A stretch of 32,000 bases of DNA from Candidatus Arthromitus sp. SFB-rat-Yit. GTDB lineage: Bacteria; Bacillota; Clostridia; Clostridiales; Clostridiaceae. A program made the position numbers and the translations under genes. The DNA lies in contig NC_016012.1 in NCBI RefSeq assembly GCF_000283555.1, forward strand, positions 570,001 to 602,000, given 5' to 3'. Each line of letters begins with the position of its first letter. Positions within the stretch are counted from its first letter, which is position 1. The notes beneath the pieces are model-generated. The model searched no databases, was not told the origin of the DNA, and saw only the letters and a list, made by a program, of their open reading frames with translations. Positions 26,083 through 32,000 of this stretch are shown in pieces.

Positions 26083-26697
26083 TTGGAATGTGTTATTTTT
26101 GGTAATGGAGAATTTAGTGGATTCGACATAGTAAGTAGGTTTGTAGATTTGGATAATACGTTTACCATTGCCGTTGATGGTGGATGCAACTATTTGTTTG
26201 AAGGGAACAAGCGGATAGATTTAGTTATTGGCGACTTTGATTCGCTAAAATATAAAGAAGTCATTTACAATAATAGACATATTTTAAAGACAGATATGGA
26301 TTATAATGATTTGGAAATAGCTATGAATTACTGTTTAGATAACGGGTTTAAAAAAATTTATCTTTTTGGATTTACTGGTAAAAGATCGGATCATTTTCAA
26401 TTTAATATTAGAACTATGCAAAAGTTTATTGAAAGTGGATTAGATGTAGTTATGATTGATGAGTTTAATATTATATGCGGATCTATTGGGTGCAGGATTT
26501 TTGATAGAGGAGAGTATAAATTTTTTTCAATTTTGCCTGTATATAATGGAACTGTTATTTCTATATGTGGTTCAAAATATGATTTGGACAATTTTTCCTT
26601 AAACTTAATGGATACTCTTACCCTTTCTAATGAATGGGTATCTGAAAAAGTAAAAATATCGTCAAACAAATTAATTTTTATTTATTTAATATTTTGA
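26083..26697 (+). CDS. thiN: Thiamine pyrophosphokinase (ThiN)
   Basis: VDGGCNYLFEGNKRIDLVIGDFDSLK, TDMDYNDLEIAMNYC, GFTGKRSDHFQFNIRTM. Confidence 0.93.
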   Translation: MECVIFGNGEFSGFDIVSRFVDLDNTFTIAVDGGCNYLFEGNKRIDLVIGDFDSLKYKEVIYNNRHILKTDMDYNDLEIAMNYCLDNGFKKIYLFGFTGKRSDHFQFNIRTMQKFIESGLDVVMIDEFNIICGSIGCRIFDRGEYKFFSILPVYNGTVISICGSKYDLDNFSLNLMDTLTLSNEWVSEKVKISSNKLIFIYLIF

Positions 26698-26775
26698 AGA
26701 TCATAAATTTACTAAGCATAAAATATATTGGTAATAAAGTTTTTTTATTTTTGAGATTAAGGAGAGATGAATAAC

Positions 26776-26841
26776 ATGAAGATTATAGCTATAAAACTAC
26801 CTAAATGTTTATCTAAAATAGTTAAAATATTTAAAAAATAA
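26776..26841 (+). CDS. spoVM: Stage V sporulation protein M (21 aa), missing from supplied ORF track
   Basis: ATG 26776: MKIIAIKLPKCLSKIVKIFKK*; aligns with SpoVM MKFYTIKLPKFLGGIVRAML..., including the conserved P9; ribosome-binding site aaggagagatgaataac; immediately after thiN, the usual spoVM neighbourhood. Confidence 0.88.
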   Translation: MKIIAIKLPKCLSKIVKIFKK

Positions 26842-26850
26842 TATGTTTGT

Positions 26851-26888
26851 ATAATAAAGAGTGTAGTTGTCACTCTTTATTATTTTGT
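26851..26888 (+). terminator. Terminator after spoVM
   Basis: Perfect 13-bp stem ataataaagagtg-tagttgt-cactctttattat followed by tttg. Confidence 0.85.
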
Positions 26889-27038
26889 ATAGTTATCTAA
26901 AAATAATTAAATTATGAGTAATTTAATTTGACTTATATGGGAAAATATAATTGTAATTGAGTTGATAGTAATAGTACTATTATAATTAGGTATTACAAAA
27001 ATGGACAAATTTAAATATGAAAGGAAAGTGTATAGATA

Positions 27039-27458
27039 ATGTTTAAAATTAATAAGAACGTTTTTAGATGTGGATTACTTGCTTTTGTATTTTGTATTGG
27101 TTCAGTTAATGGTGTAAAAGCTTACGAAGTTGAAATAAGTGAACCTTATACTTGGACATGTCAGATGAGTAGCAAAGCGGAAGAATATGATTTGAATCTT
27201 AGAGAGCAAAGGGATACTAAGCTAAAAGAATTATTGGTTATTGATGACGAAGATTTGGAGAAATATTTAGACGATTATAATTTGTTTTATAATGTTTCTA
27301 TTCAAAAAGGTAAATTAAACGAAGTTGAAGACATTATTACTAAATACGAAAAGGATTATATGTATTATGAATTGTTTTTGTTAACTGGAGATGAAAATTT
27401 AGCTAATGAATATTACACTGATCCTCAGATTTATTTTAGTTTCGAAAAAGCAATATAA
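27039..27458 (+). CDS. Predicted secreted protein of unknown function
   Basis: N-terminal signal peptide MFKINKNVFRCGLLAFVFCIGSVNGVKA; mature acidic/helical region; own ribosome-binding site and terminator. Confidence 0.7.
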   Translation: MFKINKNVFRCGLLAFVFCIGSVNGVKAYEVEISEPYTWTCQMSSKAEEYDLNLREQRDTKLKELLVIDDEDLEKYLDDYNLFYNVSIQKGKLNEVEDIITKYEKDYMYYELFLLTGDENLANEYYTDPQIYFSFEKAI

Positions 27459-27475
27459 ATGATTTGTAAATTTTG

Positions 27476-27513
27476 AATCCTGTTAAAATTTATGTTTTAA
27501 CAGGATTTTTTTA
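27476..27513 (+). terminator. Terminator after the secreted-protein gene
   Basis: Perfect 13-bp stem aatcctgttaaaa-tttatg-ttttaacaggatt then ttttt. Confidence 0.9.
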
Positions 27514-27628
27514 TTAAAAATATTAAATTAAGATAAAAATTAGCTCTAACATATTTTCAATATAAGAATTTTTTGATATAATTTTCAATCGGAATTAAGG
27601 AAAATATATATTTTAAAGGAGTGTTTTG

Positions 27629-28216
27629 ATGGTGGTATTTAGAAAATCTATACTAGCTGGAATTATAGTTTCTATTGCTGCTTACAATTACTTATTAAAT
27701 TATGATACATTATCTAAAATAGTATTTTCAGCTGCGTTGTTAGTAATTTTGGCAATGGATTTGAATTTGTACACGAGCAAAATTGCTAAATGGTGTTGTT
27801 GTAATGAAAATTTATATTGTAAGATTAAAAATATATTTATTATACTTCTAGGTAATATTATTGCTTGTGTTATATTTGGATATTTATTTTCTTTTTTAGG
27901 TGAAACTCATGCTGAGATGATTTGGGAATCCAAGATGAATACACCGTTACTAATTGCACTTTTTAAGGCTGTAATAGTTGGTATACTTATGCAAATTGCT
28001 GTATTCAGTAAGCATGATCTTGTTACCATTGGGGTTGTGTTATTATTTTTGGGAACTAAGACTGAGCATAGTGTAGCAAATGTAGTTTATATGAACGTAG
28101 CTAGAGCTTTTTCTTTAAAGTCTTTATTTTATATTTTGGTTTGTTTGATAGGAAATGCGGTTGGGGGTAGTATTGTATATTTGTTAAATAAAGATGATAA
28201 CTCAATATGTAATTAA
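27629..28216 (+). CDS. Formate/nitrite transporter (FNT) family-like membrane protein, compact
   Basis: Multiple TM helices; KHDLVTIGVVLLFLGTKTEHSVANVVYMNVARAF resembles the FNT EHSVANM region; LVCLIGNAVGGSIVY. Confidence 0.65.
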   Translation: MVVFRKSILAGIIVSIAAYNYLLNYDTLSKIVFSAALLVILAMDLNLYTSKIAKWCCCNENLYCKIKNIFIILLGNIIACVIFGYLFSFLGETHAEMIWESKMNTPLLIALFKAVIVGILMQIAVFSKHDLVTIGVVLLFLGTKTEHSVANVVYMNVARAFSLKSLFYILVCLIGNAVGGSIVYLLNKDDNSICN

Positions 28217-28345
28217 ATTTCCTATTTTTATAGGTAGTAGATCCATTAGAGATGTTTCTCTTATGGATTTATTTTTTTATTTCAGTAATTATTTAAATAA
28301 AAAGAAAATATATATTAATCATTAATCTATGAGGAGGAAAAATTG

Positions 28346-30895
28346 GTGAAAGATAATGGATTATTAAATGGATTAACCAAGGAACAAGTTGATAAGAATA
28401 TCAAAGAATTTGGTAAAAATATAATAAAAGAAAATAAGAAAACATCTGCATTTTCAATTTTATTTTCTCAATTCAATGATATTATGATTTGGATTTTAAT
28501 AGTTGCAACTATAATTTCAGGTATTATAGGAGATGTTGCTGATTCGATCGTAATTGTTGTGATTATTGTAATTAATGCTATTCTTGGATTTTTTCAAGAA
28601 TTTAGAACAGAAAAATCATTAGAGTCGCTTAAAAAACTTTCATCACCGACTACAAAAGTTATACGTGACGGTAGCTTAAAAATAATGGATGCGGTTGAAT
28701 TAACCATAGGTGATTTAATTTTGTTAGAGTCGGGTGATAGAATTCCTGCTGATGCAAAAATTATAAAAGGTGAGTTAACTGTAGATGAGTCTTTGCTTAC
28801 TGGAGAATCTGTAGGAGTTAATAAAAGTAGTGATAATAAAGAAGATAGTATTTTTATGGGAACTATTGTCCTAAAAGGTAAGGCATACGCCAAAATTATT
28901 AATATTGGTATGAATACTGAGATGGGTAAAATTGCTAATATGCTCCAAAATATTGATGAAGACAAGTCGCCACTTAAAGAGAGATTAGAAGGACTTGGTA
29001 AGGTTTTAGTTGTTATATGCATATTAATATGTGCTGTTGTTACTGTTATTGGTATAGCAAGAGGACAATCTATTACAGATATGTTTTTAATTGGCGTGAG
29101 TTTAGCTGTTGCTGCGATACCTGAAGGATTACCTGCGATAGTTACAGTTGCTTTAGCTCTTGGTGTTTCTAAGATGCTTAAAAGACATGCTTTGATTAGG
29201 AAACTACCATCAGTTGAAACTCTTGGATGTACATCAATAATTTGTAGTGATAAAACAGGAACTTTGACCGAAAATAAAATGTCAGTTAGGGAAGTTTATT
29301 TTGATGGGAAGATTTATGAAAAAAGAGAAGATAATGTAGATAAAAATGAAATTTTAAAGAAAATATTTGTATTATGTAATGATTTTAATATTAACAAGAG
29401 CGAAAAGAATTTTAAAGATCAAATAATTGCTGATCCTACAGAAAAGGCTCTTATTGAATATTATTTTGATGATGTTGAAAAATTAGATAAGTATTACAAT
29501 TCATTCAGGAAGTTAAGCGAGATTCCATTTGATTCTGATAGGAAAATGGCATCTGTAGTTATGAAAGATATTAAAAGCTCAGAGAACATTTTATTGGCTA
29601 AAGGTGCTCCAGAAAAAATGCTTGCAAATAGTAAATATTATTTACATAAGGGGAATATTGTTGAACTTACTAGTTTCAAAAAACAGGAAATAATTAAAGA
29701 AGTTGAAATGATGTCGCTTAAAGGTCTTAGATGCCTTGGGGCAGGATTTAAGAAAAATGATCTTAACAATAAATCAAATTTAGAGAAAGATCTTGTATTT
29801 GTAGGTTTTTGTTCAATAATAGATCCTCCAAGAAGGGATTCAAAAGATGCTGTTATTAAATGTAAGCAGGCAGGTATAACTACAATTATGATTACGGGTG
29901 ATCATAAAAATACAGCGTTTGCAATTGCTAAAGAACTTCAAATTTGTACAGGAATACATGAGGTTTTAACAGGTAACGATATTGAAAAAATGTCTGATAA
30001 ATCATTAGGTAAAGCAATTGATTCCATAAAAGTTTTTGCTAGAGTTACACCAAAACATAAACTTAGGATTGTTCAGGCATTTAAAGCAAAAGGTAATGTT
30101 GTTGCAATGACTGGAGATGGTGTTAATGATGCTCCAGCTATAAAAGAGGCTGATATTGGTATTTCCATGGGTATATCGGGTACAGATGTAACAAAAGAAG
30201 CGTCTGCCATGATATTAATGGATGATAATTTCAGTACTATAGTTTCTGCGGTTGAAGAAGGAAGAAAAATTTATCTAAATATAAGGAAATTTATAAGGTA
30301 TTTATTGTCATGTAATATTGGTGAAGTTTTAACAATGTTTTTAGCTTCTATATTCAGCCTTCCAAATCCACTTACTCCTATTCAAATTTTATTTGTAAAT
30401 TTGGCAACAGATGGACTTCCTGCTCTTGCACTTGGAGTTGATAATTCACATGATGATATAATGAATCAGCCGCCAAGACCACGAAATGAGAGTATTTTTT
30501 CAAGAGGACTTTGGGAAAAAATTCTATTTAGGGGGACTTTAATTGGAATTAGCACAATATTTACATTTATTATTGGGCTTTATCTTGGTTTTAGTGTGCG
30601 TACTTGTAGAACTATGACTTTAGCAACTCTTGTATTATCACAATTAATACATGTGTTTGAATGTAAATCAGAAACAAGAACATTATTTCAAATTAATTTA
30701 TTGACAAATAAGTATTTATTAATATCAGTTTTTATTTCAGTGATTATGATTTTAGGAATAATATATATTCCATTTTTCCAATCAATATTTAAGACAAGCG
30801 GTATAAATTTAGTGCAATGGGGAATTGTACTATTATTTTCAGGGGTTATATCAGTTTCTAGCAGTTTATTTAATTTGATTAAACGCAAGAAGTAA
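28346..30895 (+). CDS. Calcium-transporting-type P-type ATPase (start GTG 28346 or TTG 28343)
   Basis: CSDKTGTLTENKM, TM4 VAAIPEGLPAIV, KGAPEKML, TGDGVNDAPAIKEADIGISMG, ribosome-binding site gaggagg. Confidence 0.95.
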   Translation: MKDNGLLNGLTKEQVDKNIKEFGKNIIKENKKTSAFSILFSQFNDIMIWILIVATIISGIIGDVADSIVIVVIIVINAILGFFQEFRTEKSLESLKKLSSPTTKVIRDGSLKIMDAVELTIGDLILLESGDRIPADAKIIKGELTVDESLLTGESVGVNKSSDNKEDSIFMGTIVLKGKAYAKIINIGMNTEMGKIANMLQNIDEDKSPLKERLEGLGKVLVVICILICAVVTVIGIARGQSITDMFLIGVSLAVAAIPEGLPAIVTVALALGVSKMLKRHALIRKLPSVETLGCTSIICSDKTGTLTENKMSVREVYFDGKIYEKREDNVDKNEILKKIFVLCNDFNINKSEKNFKDQIIADPTEKALIEYYFDDVEKLDKYYNSFRKLSEIPFDSDRKMASVVMKDIKSSENILLAKGAPEKMLANSKYYLHKGNIVELTSFKKQEIIKEVEMMSLKGLRCLGAGFKKNDLNNKSNLEKDLVFVGFCSIIDPPRRDSKDAVIKCKQAGITTIMITGDHKNTAFAIAKELQICTGIHEVLTGNDIEKMSDKSLGKAIDSIKVFARVTPKHKLRIVQAFKAKGNVVAMTGDGVNDAPAIKEADIGISMGISGTDVTKEASAMILMDDNFSTIVSAVEEGRKIYLNIRKFIRYLLSCNIGEVLTMFLASIFSLPNPLTPIQILFVNLATDGLPALALGVDNSHDDIMNQPPRPRNESIFSRGLWEKILFRGTLIGISTIFTFIIGLYLGFSVRTCRTMTLATLVLSQLIHVFECKSETRTLFQINLLTNKYLLISVFISVIMILGIIYIPFFQSIFKTSGINLVQWGIVLLFSGVISVSSSLFNLIKRKK

Positions 30896-30915
30896 TTTTA
30901 TTATAAAAAATATAA

Positions 30916-30957
30916 GGTAAGCAGTTATTAATAATGACAAACTGCTTACCTATTTTT
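30916..30957. terminator. Bidirectional terminator between convergent ATPase and protease genes
   Basis: Perfect 11-bp stem ggtaagcagtt ... aactgcttacc, A-rich upstream and T-rich downstream. Confidence 0.85.
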
Positions 30958-30958
30958 G

Positions 30959-31720
30959 TTATTTAATATTATTGTTTATAAAGTCAAGGACTACTTGGGT
31001 AAATAAAAAACCAACTCCGTCTTTTTCACTACCAGCGTTACATAACCCAATAATTTCATTATTTGAATTTAGTATTGGTGAACCAGATTGTCCAGGTTTT
31101 ACTGATGAGTTAAACCAAATAAGATTACTTTCAATTAAGTCAATTTGACCTTTGTCATAAGATAATTTTGGTTGTGATTCACCAGGATATCCGGCAAATT
31201 CAATTTGAGTTTTATTTTCAACTTTTTTAATTTCGTCAAGTGTAGCTAATTTAAAAGTTTCAAGTCCATCATATAAATTTTTTCCATCTTTAGGTTTAAC
31301 TTGAATTATTGATAAATCCACATTTGTTTGATTATAATCATAATTTTCTTGTATAAATGTTATTATGTTTTCAATATCAAAATTAATTGTTTCATTACCT
31401 TTATTTAATGAAACGTATAATGTATCTTTTGTTTCACCTTCTGTAACGTGCCTATTTGTTAAAAGTGTGTTTGGTCCAATGATAACCCCAGTACCATTAA
31501 ATATATCATTTGATTTTGAAATTATAGGAACAATTGATTGATATTTACTAGAACTAACTTCTGAGGCATCTATTAAAGTTCCAGTTGATGCAGAATTATT
31601 AGTAGTGGATGGTGTTACTATTTGGGTATTATTTTGTTGATTTAGACTTTTATTTGAACATTGCACTAAGCTTACACCTAACACTAGAAAGCATAATATT
31701 TTAATAAATTTATTCTTCAT
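30959..31720 (-). CDS. Trypsin-like (V8/Glu-endopeptidase-type) serine protease, secreted or possibly lipid-anchored
   Basis: N-terminal hydrophobic signal ending LVQC; GTGVIIGPNTLLTNRHV (His), NVDLSIIQV (Asp), VKPGQSGSPILN (Ser). Confidence 0.88.
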   Translation of the reverse strand: MKNKFIKILCFLVLGVSLVQCSNKSLNQQNNTQIVTPSTTNNSASTGTLIDASEVSSSKYQSIVPIISKSNDIFNGTGVIIGPNTLLTNRHVTEGETKDTLYVSLNKGNETINFDIENIITFIQENYDYNQTNVDLSIIQVKPKDGKNLYDGLETFKLATLDEIKKVENKTQIEFAGYPGESQPKLSYDKGQIDLIESNLIWFNSSVKPGQSGSPILNSNNEIIGLCNAGSEKDGVGFLFTQVVLDFINNNIK

Positions 31721-31873
31721 TTTTTAATTCTTACTCCTTAATTTTAATATGAACTTTTGTTTAGTAACTATTTTAATTATTGTAGCATAAAAAATTTATA
31801 TATTTTATTTGCTTTTTGGATTAGGTGTATTATAATCTAAAATAAAGTAATTGTTAATAGGTGAATTAATTGT

Positions 31874-32000
31874 ATGGGGAAAATAGATTATAGCTCTTTA
31901 AGTAAATTTGATTTTATAGAAGAGCAAAAGAAAAGAGATATTATTTTTAAAAATATACAAGATAAAATGAATTCAAATAGATATGATGATGAATATATAC
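31874..32000 (+). CDS. Start of an unidentified CDS running off the window
   Basis: Open frame MGKIDYSSLSKFDFIEEQKKRDIIFKNIQDKMNSNRYDDEYI... to the window edge. Confidence 0.4.
   Translation, partial: MGKIDYSSLSKFDFIEEQKKRDIIFKNIQDKMNSNRYDDEYI

Noticed and set aside
28594-29022. 142-aa minus-strand ORF inside the P-type ATPase
   Set aside because: Antisense to conserved ATPase domains, no independent support.
1-32000. CRISPR arrays, tRNA/rRNA genes, transposases, phage or defence-system genes
   Set aside because: No regularly spaced repeats, no tRNA/rRNA-like sequence, and no transposase, integrase, nuclease-effector or retron-like genes were seen in any frame read.

Overview
This 32 kb window is AT-rich, about 28-30% G+C by eye, and reads as chromosomal DNA from a sporulating, flagellin-encoding Clostridia-like bacterium. 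Gene content and composition would fit the segmented filamentous bacterium / Candidatus Arthromitus group; that assignment is inference and was not tested. Left part: a flagellar block with flgL (partial), fliW, csrA, fliS, a long fliD, a FliT-like gene, a hook/rod-family gene and two tandem flagellin genes. Middle: a Cys/Gly-rich small protein, a D-Ala-D-Ala carboxypeptidase, a ytfI/ytfJ-like pair, a small slightly GC-richer module (damaged MerR::aldo/keto-reductase chimera plus an alpha/beta hydrolase), and rpiB. Then comes a conserved housekeeping run: remA, gmk, rpoZ, priA, def, fmt, a zinc peptidase, rsmB, rlmN, a PP2C phosphatase, a PASTA Ser/Thr kinase, rsgA, thiN, and a 21-codon spoVM missing from the ORF track. 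The right end has a secreted protein of unknown function, an FNT-like channel, a Ca2+-type P-type ATPase and a V8-like serine protease. The best leads are CsrA-consensus-like GGA sites in both flagellin leaders (with csrA/fliW in the same locus), the MerR::AKR in-frame chimera behind an intact MerR-type 19-bp-spacer promoter, and the overlooked spoVM. I found no convincing new defence system, CRISPR array, RNA gene or mobile element.
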